Origin: Myxococcota bacterium
Lineage (GTDB): Bacteria > Myxococcota_A > Polyangia > Polyangiales > Sandaracinaceae
Length of the DNA stretch: 64,000 nt
Assembly: GCA_036149055.1 (NCBI GenBank)
Contig: JAYZQJ010000081.1
Location: 12,076 to 76,075, forward strand
Direction: 5' to 3'
The notes below the pieces were generated by a model. The model was not told the DNA's origin, searched no databases, and saw only the letters and a program-made list of their open reading frames with translations. The position numbers were made by a program, and so were the translations under genes. This document shows, in pieces, positions 19,391 to 30,025 of this stretch (position 1 is the first letter of the stretch; every line of letters begins with the position of its first letter).

Positions 19391-20902
19391 ATGGGGAGAG
19401 CGTTGAGCGGCACGAGAATCCATCATGCCACAGCGTGGACGCGCGGCGTCGGCGTGGTCGTGTGGCTGGCGGTGGTCAGCCCCACGCTGGCGCTCTGGTG
19501 GGCGGCGGGGCGCGAGCTGGAGGAGAGCGCGCGCCAGGCGGCGGAGGGGCACGCCGTCGATCAGGCGAGGCGCCTCGAGGACTTCGTGGCCGCGCGCGTG
19601 GTCGCCGGCGCCGCCCTGGCGAGGGCGCTCGAGCTCGACCCGCCGACCACGGAGGCGGACTTCGCGGCTCCGTCCCGGGCGCTGCTCGGCGAGCTCGAGG
19701 GGCTGCGCGCGCTGAACTGGGTCGCGCCCGACGGCACCATCGTGTGGGTTCAGCCGGAGGCCGCCAACGCCGACGCGAGCGAGCAAAACGTGCTGCGCCA
19801 CCCGAGGGCGGCCGGGCCGGCGGGCGACGCGATCCGCTCGCACCGTCCGCGGCGCACCCCGTTCCTGCGGCTGTTCCAGGGCGGGACCGGCTTCGCGGTG
19901 TACTTCCCCGTGCTCGAGGCGGGGCGGCTGCGCGGGCTGCTCAACGCGGTCTTCGATCTCGAGGGGCTGGCGGCCGTGCTGAGTCACGCGCGCGGCGGCG
20001 CCATCCGGCTGCGCGAGGGCGGAGAGATCGTCTACCGCACCGAAGGCGAGCCGGTCGACGCGCCGGCCCTGGCCACCCGCTCCCTCTTCCTGCTCGACGA
20101 GCCGGTGCAGCTCGAGGTGACGCGCGCGCCCGGGGCCAGCCCGCACGGCTGGGTGCGCCACCTCCTGCTCGCGCTCGGCGCCCTGCTCGGGCTCTTCGCC
20201 GCCGGCCGGGTGAGCCGCTGGGTGGCCCGCAACCAGGCGGTGCGCGCGCGGCTCTCCCGGGAGCGCCGGAGCAAAGCCGAGCTGCGCGGCCTCTCGCGGG
20301 CGCTGATCGAGGCGCAGGAGCGGGAGCGCGCCCACCTCGCGCGCGAGCTGCACGACGAGGTCGGGCAGTCCCTCACCCTCGCCAAGCTGGTGGCCGCCGA
20401 GGCGCGGCAGGGGCACCTGAGCGAGCTGGACGCGCTCGAGCGCTCGGTGGACGAGGCGCTCGAGGCGGTGCGCCGGATCTCCCGCGACCTGCACCCGAAC
20501 GTGCTCCGCGACCTCGGGCTCGTGCCGGGCCTGCGCGCGCTGGTCCTGAAGGTCGAGGCGCGCACGCACGTGACGATCGAGGGGCGGTGGCCGGCCCGGG
20601 TGGACGTGCCCGAGGCGACCGCGCTGTGCCTCTACCGGGTGGCGCAGGAGGCGATCACGAACGCGCTGAAGCACGCGTCCCCGTCGCGGGTCGAGGTCAA
20701 GCTGGAGGAGACCGAGGACGGCCTGATGCTGCGGGTCGAGGACGACGGCGTCGGCTTCGACGGCCCCGCGCCCCAGGGCACGACCGGCCTCACGAGCATG
20801 AGAGAGCGCGCCGCGATGTGCGGCGGTCGGCTCTCGATCGACGGCCGCCCCGGCGCGGGCACCACGGTGACGCTGCGACTGCCACGCCAGGCGACCCATT
20901 GA
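19391..20902 (+). CDS. membrane sensor histidine kinase (CHASE-like sensor + HisKA_3 + HATPase)
   Basis: Two TM helices, ERAHLARELHDEVGQ, QEAITNALKH, DDGVGF; start uncertain. Confidence 0.9.
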   Translation: MGRALSGTRIHHATAWTRGVGVVVWLAVVSPTLALWWAAGRELEESARQAAEGHAVDQARRLEDFVAARVVAGAALARALELDPPTTEADFAAPSRALLGELEGLRALNWVAPDGTIVWVQPEAANADASEQNVLRHPRAAGPAGDAIRSHRPRRTPFLRLFQGGTGFAVYFPVLEAGRLRGLLNAVFDLEGLAAVLSHARGGAIRLREGGEIVYRTEGEPVDAPALATRSLFLLDEPVQLEVTRAPGASPHGWVRHLLLALGALLGLFAAGRVSRWVARNQAVRARLSRERRSKAELRGLSRALIEAQERERAHLARELHDEVGQSLTLAKLVAAEARQGHLSELDALERSVDEALEAVRRISRDLHPNVLRDLGLVPGLRALVLKVEARTHVTIEGRWPARVDVPEATALCLYRVAQEAITNALKHASPSRVEVKLEETEDGLMLRVEDDGVGFDGPAPQGTTGLTSMRERAAMCGGRLSIDGRPGAGTTVTLRLPRQATH

Positions 20903-20975
20903 AACTTTGCGCCCCCGCGCGCGTCGGAGCCCAGGGAATACGGCGCCCCGCGTGTCCGTACGCTCGATGGCCTCC

Positions 20976-21749
20976 ATGCGCACGACCCTCGCCTTCTGCC
21001 TCGCGCTCGCCCTCCCCCTCTCGGCCCACGCCCAGGAGGGCGTGCTGATGACCGGCCTCGGCGGGCCGGCCGGCTACGGCGAGGGGGTGCTCGAGTACAA
21101 CGACGACGGGTCGAGCGCCGAGATCGACATCACCGCCGCGTTCCCGAACGGGCTGGAGTACTTCGGTCAGCGCTTCCGCTCGATGTACGTGAACAACAAC
21201 GGCAACATCACCTTCGGCGGGCCGACCGGCACCTACACGCCGCAGCGCTTCCCGCTCAACGGCAACCGCATGATCGCGCCGTTCTGGGGCGACGTGGACA
21301 CCCGCGGCGGCGGCCGCCCGGCGCGCAACGGCGTCTACTGGGACATCTCCCCGGGCCGGGTCGTCGTCACCTGGCACAACGTCGGCTTCTACTCGCAGAG
21401 CAACTCCCGCGAGAACACCTTCCAGCTCGTCATCCTCTCCAACGAGCTGCTCGATCAGGACGATCTCTGGCGGGTGCAGTTCCGCTACGCCCGCTGCGAG
21501 TGGACGACCGGCAACGCGAGCGGCGGCAGCGGCGGGCTCGGGGGGACTCCGGCGCAGGCGGGCTTCGACGCCGGCAACGGCCGCGTCTTCGAGATCCTCC
21601 CCGGCTCCGGCAGCGCGGCGGTCCTGAGCCTCTGCGGCACGTCGAACGTCGGCGTGAACGGCATCTGGGAGTTCGACATCTACCGGGGCACCCCCCAGGT
21701 CGCGAACCCGAACGAGCCCCAGGTCGAGACCCAGGACTTCTCCCGGTGA
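20976..21749 (+). CDS. secreted nidogen-like (NIDO) domain protein
   Basis: Signal peptide; YVNNNGNITF, IAPFWGDVDTR, VVVTWHNVG, NTFQLV, EWTTG, AQAGF. Confidence 0.85.
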   Translation: MRTTLAFCLALALPLSAHAQEGVLMTGLGGPAGYGEGVLEYNDDGSSAEIDITAAFPNGLEYFGQRFRSMYVNNNGNITFGGPTGTYTPQRFPLNGNRMIAPFWGDVDTRGGGRPARNGVYWDISPGRVVVTWHNVGFYSQSNSRENTFQLVILSNELLDQDDLWRVQFRYARCEWTTGNASGGSGGLGGTPAQAGFDAGNGRVFEILPGSGSAAVLSLCGTSNVGVNGIWEFDIYRGTPQVANPNEPQVETQDFSR

Positions 21750-21752
21750 GCC

Positions 21753-22322
21753 TCACGCGGGCGGGAACAGCCGCCCGACGTCCAGCTCGATCGCCTCGAA
21801 CGGCGCCACCCTCACGACGTCGCCGTCGCTGAAGGCGCCGAGCCGGAACCACCCTCCATCTCGGAGCGCGAACGCTTCGAGCAGCCGCTCCACCGGATCG
21901 ACGATCCAGTAATGCGGGACGTCGACGCGAGCGTAGAGGTCGGCTTTGGTGAGCCGGTCGTGCTTCGCGTTCGACGGCGAGAGGATCTCACAGACCCAGT
22001 CCGGGACGATGGCGATCGGGCGCTCCTCCCACGGCTCGGCGAGGCGATCGCGCCGCCAGCCCGAGACATCTGGTCGGACCACGTCGTGCGGGCCGAGCTC
22101 GTCGTCCACGTCGGGCAGAATCCACCAGCCGCCCGGGCCGTCGAATCCGTCGTCGTCGTCGAACGGGCCGCCCACGAAGCGCCCGATCGCGCGCGCGATC
22201 CGGCTGTGGCGGGGGAGGGGCGAGGGCATGACCCGCACCTCTCCGGCGACGACCTCGGCGCGCACGTCCTCGGGGAGTCGCCGGAGGTCGTCGTAGGTCG
22301 CGAGCTTGCGCGCCGGGTCCAC
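21753..22322 (-). CDS. Uma2 family (PD-(D/E)XK) endonuclease-like protein
   Basis: VRPDVSGWRRDR, PDWVCEILSPS, DRLTK..Y, HYWIVDP. Confidence 0.92.
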   Translation of the reverse strand: MDPARKLATYDDLRRLPEDVRAEVVAGEVRVMPSPLPRHSRIARAIGRFVGGPFDDDDGFDGPGGWWILPDVDDELGPHDVVRPDVSGWRRDRLAEPWEERPIAIVPDWVCEILSPSNAKHDRLTKADLYARVDVPHYWIVDPVERLLEAFALRDGGWFRLGAFSDGDVVRVAPFEAIELDVGRLFPPA

Positions 22323-22340
22323 CCCCCGACGGTAAGTCGC

Positions 22341-23098
22341 TCAGAAGGAGCCGTCGAGGATCAGGCTCGGGCCTCGGAGGCGCAGTGAGGCGCTCGGCGC
22401 GTCGGGGCTCTCGGCGGTCACGAGGTCGACGACCACGAGCGTGGCCGCGCCCGCGGCCGCGACGCCGGCGACGATGTAGAGAGCCAGGGCCGCGTCCGCC
22501 GCCTCGCGGGCCGCCTCGAGGCGACGGTGCTCCTCGCTCCCGCGCACCACCTGCGGCGGGGTCCCGAGCTGGGCCCGCAGATCGTCGAAGGTGGCCTGGG
22601 CGTCGAGCGCCAGGATCAAGCCGGCGGCGAAGCTCCCGGCGGCGAGCGCCGCGGTGCCCACGCCGACCCAGAGGAGGGTGTGGTCGTCCTCCCGCGGGGG
22701 CGGCTCGGACGACTCGGGGGGCAGCGGCGTGACCGCGACCTCGGGCTCCTCTTCTTCTTCCTCTTCCTCGAGCGCCAGCTCGCGCTCGAGCTCTCCGACC
22801 CGCCGCTGCGCGTAGGCCTGGTATCGCCCGGTGTCGTCGTCGCGGGCGCAGGTCCGGTAGGCCCGCACCGCCCGGTCGCGGTGCCCACCCCAGCGATCGT
22901 AGGTCAGCGCCAGGTTGCACATCGTCGTCACGCGCGGCGCGAGGCGATAGGACTCCCGGAAGGCCGCGGCGGCCTCCTCGTAGCGCTCCTGCCGGAGCAG
23001 CTCGACCCCCTCGTCGAAGCGGGCCACCGAGGCGTCGGTCTGCTCCTGCGCCAGCGTCGGCGCGGCGACCAGCAGGGTGAGGGCGAAGGCGAGGCTTC

Positions 23099-23102
<4 letters not shown>
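22341..23102 (-). CDS. exported TPR-containing protein with C-terminal hydrophobic helices
   Basis: Signal peptide, FDEGVELL...YEEAAAAF...NLA TPR, C-terminal LILDGSF; ATGA overlap with the kinase. Confidence 0.8.
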
Positions 23103-24553
<1,451 letters not shown>

Positions 24554-24629
24554 CGGGTGAGGAGGGAAGGTAGCAGACCGACGGGGAGCGCCAATCGACG
24601 GCGCCCGGTTCGATGATACCGTCTCCGCC

Positions 24630-26006
24630 GTGCGAGTCGCGTGCTTCTGCGTGTTTCTCCTGTCGGCCTGCGTGCCGGGATCGGACGACTTCCGGATCGT
24701 CGACGACGGCGGCGTCTCGTCGGACGCCGGCCCGCGCCCGGACGCCGGAGGCATGGACGGCGGCCCGGACGGAGGCCCGGACGGAGGCGGCTCGGATGGA
24801 GGCGACGACGCGGGCCCCGGCTTCGTGCCGACCGCGCTCGACGTCGTGTGCACCGAGCTCTGGGCCACGGCGGCCGGCGGCGGGCCCTGCGAGGGGCGCG
24901 AGGTCGTCACGGTGGCCTCCCCCTTCGACAGCCTCGACGTCGCCCTCGCCCGCGCCGCCGACGGCCAGATCGTGGTCGCCTACAACCAGCGCGACGGCTT
25001 CGACTTCGGGCGCATCGCGACGGTGACCTTCCCCGAGGACGACGCGGCGACCGCGGCCACGCCCGGCCCGACCATCGAGCCCGAGTCGACCATCGGCGAC
25101 GTCGTGGGCATCGACCTCGACTTCGCCACCGAGCCTCCCGACATCCACCACCTCGCCTACTGGCTGCGCTCCGACTTCGGCCACGAGGTGCGCTACCAGC
25201 GCCTGCGCCGCGGCGCCTTCAGCCCGGTCCAGTCCATCGCAACCGGCGTCGGGCGTGACGGCGTGGTCGACGTGGAGATCGACAGCGACCGGCTCGCGAC
25301 CGTCGCCTGGCACGACGACGTCAGCGGGGAGAACGCGGCCCGCCGCGAGCGCCCCGACGAGACCTTCTCGCCCATCGTGAACCTCCGGACCGACGGCGAC
25401 TCCCGCATCGAGGGCGCCGGCGCGGTGGCGCTCCACCCGGGCCGCGCGGGCCGGATGCACATGGCCTATCAGTGGAGCATCTCGCTGGCGGCGAGCGCGC
25501 CGTCCTACAACCTCGCGACCAGCACGATGTGGTCGACCGCGCGGACGCTGGACAACCAGGCGGTGGCCAACCGGGCCTCGGGCGTCGGCGTGGAGCTGAC
25601 GCTGCTCGACGAGGAGGTCGTGGTCGCCTACCTCGACTGGATCGACGGGGTCGGCGAGATCCGATTCGCGCGCTTCGTCTCGGACGACGTGACGACCGAG
25701 GTCTACCTCGACGGGCTCAACATCGCGGACCGGCCCGGGGACCACCCGATCGTGATCGACACCGACGCCGCCGGGCTGCTCCAGCTCCTCGTCGCGGACG
25801 CGTCGGTGGCCGGCACGCGCCTGCAGTGGCATCGCCAGACGCGGGTGGGCGGCGAGACGCGGTGGATCGTCGACACGATCGCCGAGATCATGGCTCCGCC
25901 CGCGCTCGTGCACGTCGACATGAAGCTGGGACCCGACCGCAGACCGCACGTCGTCTTCTGGGACCCCACGCGCGGCGAGCTCCGGTACGCGACCGCGCGC
26001 CCCTGA
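24630..26006 (+). CDS. hypothetical lipoprotein, probable beta-propeller
   Basis: Lipobox LSAC, DGGP repeats, repeated HLAY/HMAY/HVVF blade-like motifs; TACCGT 7 nt upstream. Confidence 0.8.
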   Translation: MRVACFCVFLLSACVPGSDDFRIVDDGGVSSDAGPRPDAGGMDGGPDGGPDGGGSDGGDDAGPGFVPTALDVVCTELWATAAGGGPCEGREVVTVASPFDSLDVALARAADGQIVVAYNQRDGFDFGRIATVTFPEDDAATAATPGPTIEPESTIGDVVGIDLDFATEPPDIHHLAYWLRSDFGHEVRYQRLRRGAFSPVQSIATGVGRDGVVDVEIDSDRLATVAWHDDVSGENAARRERPDETFSPIVNLRTDGDSRIEGAGAVALHPGRAGRMHMAYQWSISLAASAPSYNLATSTMWSTARTLDNQAVANRASGVGVELTLLDEEVVVAYLDWIDGVGEIRFARFVSDDVTTEVYLDGLNIADRPGDHPIVIDTDAAGLLQLLVADASVAGTRLQWHRQTRVGGETRWIVDTIAEIMAPPALVHVDMKLGPDRRPHVVFWDPTRGELRYATARP

Positions 26007-26230
26007 CCTCGAGGAGGCACGCCCTCCCATGGTGGGGCGTGCGCGAGGTTCCGTTGCACCGCTGACGTTTTCGTAACCGCGGTGACGGCGTGCCACTGGC
26101 ACAGCCCCGTGAGCGGGAGTGACGCCGCGTGTGAACCGCGGTCCTCGATCGTCCCTTGCAACGGGGAGACGACGCCGCGCACCGAGAGGAAAGAGCCGCG
26201 GAGACGACCGGCGCCCTTCGCCCGACCGAT

Positions 26231-26246
26231 CGGCACGCGTCTTGCC
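26231..26246 (+). promoter_or_regulatory. putative sigma54 (-24/-12) promoter
   Basis: CGGCACG-CGTC-TTGC with exact GG-N10-GC spacing, upstream of ATG 26304. Confidence 0.65.
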
Positions 26247-26303
26247 AAGCACGTTGTCAGTCACGTCGGCGGCGCGACGGCCGCGGACCACGGGAGGGAA
26301 ACC

Positions 26304-27008
26304 ATGAGACATGCACTCTTCATCTTCACGATCCTGACGCTCGGCTGCGCGGCGGAGACCGGCGCCACCTCGGTGGAGGACGAGCTCCACGCGGGAGAGC
26401 CCGCGGACGCGCACGACGCGGTCGTCGCGGTGGTCCACGGCGAGGGGGACGACGCCGAGCTCTGCACGGGGACGGCCATCGGCCCCTACGCGGTGGTCAC
26501 GGCGCGGCGCTGCGTCGGTGAGGGCCCCTTGCACGTGGTGAGCGGCGACGACGCGCGCTTCGGGCGGTGGCACGAGGTCGAGTCGGTGCTCGACGGCGGC
26601 GCGCTCTCGGTCCTCGTGACCCGCACGCCGCTCGAGCAGGCGGCGTCCCCGGGCTTCGAGGCCGTCCTCGAGGACGACGCGGTGACCGTGGTCGGCATGG
26701 GCATCAGCGGCCCCGGCGGCTCCGAGATCGGCGTGCGCCGCCAGGCGGAGATGCAGGTCGCGGCGGTCCGCGAGGACGCGCTCTGGACGCGGAGCGACGG
26801 CGGCTCCCTCTGCTACGGCGACGTCGGCGCGGCGCTGCTCGACGCGGACGGACGACTCCTCGCGGTGGCCTCGCCCCGCGACGAGGGCTGCACGCGCACC
26901 GAGCTGGTCCGCTGGATCCGCGTGGTCAGCGAGCAGCGCTTCCTCGAGGACGCGCGCGAGGCGCGACCGGTGGACGCCATCCCGATCCAGGACCCGCCCA
27001 CCGGATGA
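26304..27008 (+). CDS. trypsin-like (S1) lipoprotein lacking catalytic His and Ser
   Basis: GGGAGG RBS; lipobox LGC; LCTGTAIGPYAVVTARRC (cf. TAAHC); LCYGDVGA (cf. GDSGG). Confidence 0.8.
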   Translation: MRHALFIFTILTLGCAAETGATSVEDELHAGEPADAHDAVVAVVHGEGDDAELCTGTAIGPYAVVTARRCVGEGPLHVVSGDDARFGRWHEVESVLDGGALSVLVTRTPLEQAASPGFEAVLEDDAVTVVGMGISGPGGSEIGVRRQAEMQVAAVREDALWTRSDGGSLCYGDVGAALLDADGRLLAVASPRDEGCTRTELVRWIRVVSEQRFLEDAREARPVDAIPIQDPPTG

Positions 27009-27013
27009 GCCGG

Positions 27014-28099
27014 TCAGTCCGCGATCAGGCGCCAGGCGTCGGTGACCGGCGCGCTGACGCCGTTGCCGCCGACCACCGACGCGAGGGCGCCGGGGCCGCC
27101 GGGGAGCGCGTACGAGAAGCCCCGCGGGCTCGGCCCCTCGAAGGGCACCTCGAGCTCGGTCCAGGTCAGCGCGTCGAGGTCGGCGTGGAAGAGATCGCCG
27201 ATCGGCCGCATCTCCCCGTCGTAGCCGAAGCCGACGTAGAGGCCGGCGCCGGTCGGGTCCCAGGTGACCCACGGGGTGCGCCGGCCGCTCGGGCCCTCGG
27301 GGAGCGCGAGCTCGGTCCACGAATTCGTCTCGGGATCGAGGCGCCAGAGATCGGCGTAGAACGCGCGCCCGCGCGCCCCGACCGAGCCGCCGAAGAGGTA
27401 GAGCGCGTCGCCGTCCGGGGCGGGGAAGAGCGCGGCGTCGTAGCGGGCGACCGGGCCGCCTGTGGCGACCTCGACCCAGGCCCCGGCCGCGGCGTCGAAG
27501 CGATGCAGGGCCGCGCTCACCCCGGAGCCGTTGGCGCCGCCGAAGAGATACATGGCGCCGCGCGCGTAGCCCATCGCGCAGCCGAGGGTGGTCGCGTGCT
27601 GGGTCGCGCCCTCGATGCGGGTCCACGTCGGCCCGGCGGGATCGAGCTCCCAGGTCTCCGGGTCGAACGCGTTGACCGTCAGGTCGCGACCGCCGTAGAC
27701 GAGCAGCCGCTCCCGATCCGGGTCCCAGGCCGCGCAGCCGCAGTAGCGGGGCGCCGGCCCGGTGGCCTCGATGCGCTCGGCGGTGAGCGTCTCGCCGGCG
27801 CTCACCCGCCAGACGTCGGCGAACACCTCGCCGCCCAGGCGCCCGACGTTGGTCCCGCCGACCACGTAGGCCTGGCGATCGTCGACCCGGGCCACCAGCG
27901 TGCCCCAGAGCCCCCAGGGCCCGTCGCCCTCGGGAGTGGCGGGATCGAAGCGCACCGCGCTCGGGTCGAAGGCGACCCCGGCGTCGGGCGGGCCCGCGTC
28001 GGCCGACGCGTCGGGCGGCGTCGCCGCGTCGAGCGGCGCGGCGCCGTCATCACACGCGGTGAGGAGGAGGAGCAGGGCGAAGGTCGATCGAAGCGTCAT
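27014..28099 (-). CDS. Kelch-repeat lipoprotein
   Basis: Lipobox LTAC; repeated YVVGG/LVYGG/YLFGG...W motifs. Confidence 0.87.
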   Translation of the reverse strand: MTLRSTFALLLLLTACDDGAAPLDAATPPDASADAGPPDAGVAFDPSAVRFDPATPEGDGPWGLWGTLVARVDDRQAYVVGGTNVGRLGGEVFADVWRVSAGETLTAERIEATGPAPRYCGCAAWDPDRERLLVYGGRDLTVNAFDPETWELDPAGPTWTRIEGATQHATTLGCAMGYARGAMYLFGGANGSGVSAALHRFDAAAGAWVEVATGGPVARYDAALFPAPDGDALYLFGGSVGARGRAFYADLWRLDPETNSWTELALPEGPSGRRTPWVTWDPTGAGLYVGFGYDGEMRPIGDLFHADLDALTWTELEVPFEGPSPRGFSYALPGGPGALASVVGGNGVSAPVTDAWRLIAD

Positions 28100-28221
28100 G
28101 GCGCGCGCATCTAGCACCGACCATACCGCGACGGTCTCGCTCGGAGGCGCGGCGCGCGGCGAGGTCGGGGCGGGGTGGGCGTGCCCTCCGGAACGCTCCC
28201 CTCGTGACACGGATCGCCCGT

Positions 28222-29499
28222 TCAGAGCTGCTCGGCGAAGAGCCCGCGCTCGACCGCCGCGTAGTCCACCTCGACGTCCATGCGCGCGAGCACCGAGTAG
28301 AAGCCGAACTGGAGCCGGTTCATCAGGGCCATGCCCTCGGGGAGCGGGACCATCTCGTCCTTCTTGGTCTTCAGCCCCTCCACCGCGCCCTTCACCATGC
28401 CGTCGACCAGGGAGCCGGCGTACTCCCGGGTGATGCGGTAGGGCGACTCGGAGAGCGGCAGGAAGCAGCGCTCGAGGTAGTCGAGCACCAGCGCCTCGAA
28501 CGCGCCGCCGTTCGTCTGCATCATCACCTTGCCCGCCTCGCGGAAGGCGGCCCGGTCCCCCGCGATCGCCGCCTGGTGCACCCGCTTCGCCACCTCGCGC
28601 CGGGCCACCGGGAGCTGCACCACGCAGCCGTAGTCGATGGCGGTGACGCGCCCGCCCTCGTGGAAGAAGAAGTTTCCGGGGTGCGGGTCGGCGTTGAAGT
28701 GCCCGCCCTGGAGGCTGGAGCGGAACACGAAGGCCCAGAGCGCCTCGGCCCAGGCCCGCCGGTCGGCCTCCGGGGCCGCGCACGCCTCCTCGAACGAGAG
28801 GCCGCGGACCCGCTCGCTCGTCATCACCCGGCGGGCGCTGCGCTCGCCGATCACGCGGGGGACGAGGATGCGCGGATCGTGAGCGTGCATCTCCCGGAAG
28901 AGGCGCTGACGCTCCGCCTCGAGGCCGTAATCGAGCTCCTCGCGGAAGTGCCGGTCGAGCTCCTCCATGACCCGCTTCGCCTCGAACTTGGCGCCGATCA
29001 TCGCGCTCTTGAGGCCGCCCATGACGCGCATGTTCTTCAGGTCGTGATCGACCGCGCGCTCGATGCCCGGGTGCTGCACCTTCACCACCACCTCGGTCCC
29101 GTCGTGCAGGGTCGCCGCGTGCACCTGCCCGATCGAGGCGCTGGCCAGCGGCGCGTCGTCGAAGGAGGCGAACAGCTCGCGGGGCGGCGCGCCCAGCTCT
29201 CGCTCGATCACATCCCGGATGGCCTCCGGCGACGAGGTCGGGGCGGCGGCGCGCAGCGTCCCGAGCGCGGCCTCGAACGCGTCGCGCTTCGACTCCGGCA
29301 CGACGCCGTCCACGTAGGACGCCATCTGCCCCATCTTCGCCGCGAGCCCGCGCATCGTCCCGAGCACCTCGGCCGCGGTCTCCGCCGCCCGCTCACCGCG
29401 CTTCTCGAGCAGGAGGCCCGCCCCGGTGCGCGCGCCGAGCCAGGTGAGCCGCGCCACGCGCGAGAGACGGCCCGAGGGGAGGTCGCGATCCGAGGTCAT
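28222..29499 (-). CDS. AarF/ABC1/UbiB family atypical kinase
   Basis: AKMGQM, ASASIGQVH, VVKVQHPG, ADPHPGNF, DYG. Confidence 0.93.
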   Translation of the reverse strand: MTSDRDLPSGRLSRVARLTWLGARTGAGLLLEKRGERAAETAAEVLGTMRGLAAKMGQMASYVDGVVPESKRDAFEAALGTLRAAAPTSSPEAIRDVIERELGAPPRELFASFDDAPLASASIGQVHAATLHDGTEVVVKVQHPGIERAVDHDLKNMRVMGGLKSAMIGAKFEAKRVMEELDRHFREELDYGLEAERQRLFREMHAHDPRILVPRVIGERSARRVMTSERVRGLSFEEACAAPEADRRAWAEALWAFVFRSSLQGGHFNADPHPGNFFFHEGGRVTAIDYGCVVQLPVARREVAKRVHQAAIAGDRAAFREAGKVMMQTNGGAFEALVLDYLERCFLPLSESPYRITREYAGSLVDGMVKGAVEGLKTKKDEMVPLPEGMALMNRLQFGFYSVLARMDVEVDYAAVERGLFAEQL

Positions 29500-29548
29500 G
29501 CGCCCAATGTGGGGTCGGTTCGGCGCCGAATCGAGCTAAGAACAGGTG

Positions 29549-30013
29549 ATGCCCATGCCGAAACCCAACGCACACCACGCCCGCCTCGCCGCGCTCGCCG
29601 GCCGCTGGGAGGGCGAGGAGACGATGCACCCCTCCCCCTGGGTGCCCGAGGAGCGCGTGGGGAGCGCGACGCTGGAGAACCGCGTCGGCGCGGGCGGCTT
29701 CGTGCTGGCGCAGGACTACGTGCAGCGCATGGGCGACGAGGTGACCTTCCAGGCCCACGGCGTCTTCTCGATCCACGACGGCGAGGTCCGGCTGCACTGG
29801 TGGGACGCGATGGGGATGGGGCCGGAGATCTTCCGCGGCGCCTGGGAGGGCGAGCGGCTGGTGCTCCGCGCACGGAGCCCGATGGGCCACACCCGCACCA
29901 CCTGGATCGTGCGCGGCGACACCTACGAGCACCTGATGGAGATGTCGAAGGACGGCGAGGCCTGGAGCGTGATGATGGAGGGGCGGTACCGCCGTCTACG
30001 AGCGCGCGTCTGA
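29549..30013 (+). CDS. DUF1579-like protein
   Basis: HARLAALAGRWEG...F.AHGVF...HWWDAMG. Confidence 0.75.
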   Translation: MPMPKPNAHHARLAALAGRWEGEETMHPSPWVPEERVGSATLENRVGAGGFVLAQDYVQRMGDEVTFQAHGVFSIHDGEVRLHWWDAMGMGPEIFRGAWEGERLVLRARSPMGHTRTTWIVRGDTYEHLMEMSKDGEAWSVMMEGRYRRLRARV

Positions 30014-30025
30014 CCCTGCGTCCCA

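Noticed and set aside
21753..22322. Uma2 nuclease as part of a defence island
   Set aside because: Uma2 genes are commonly scattered in myxobacterial genomes; no methylase, toxin or other defence gene is adjacent.
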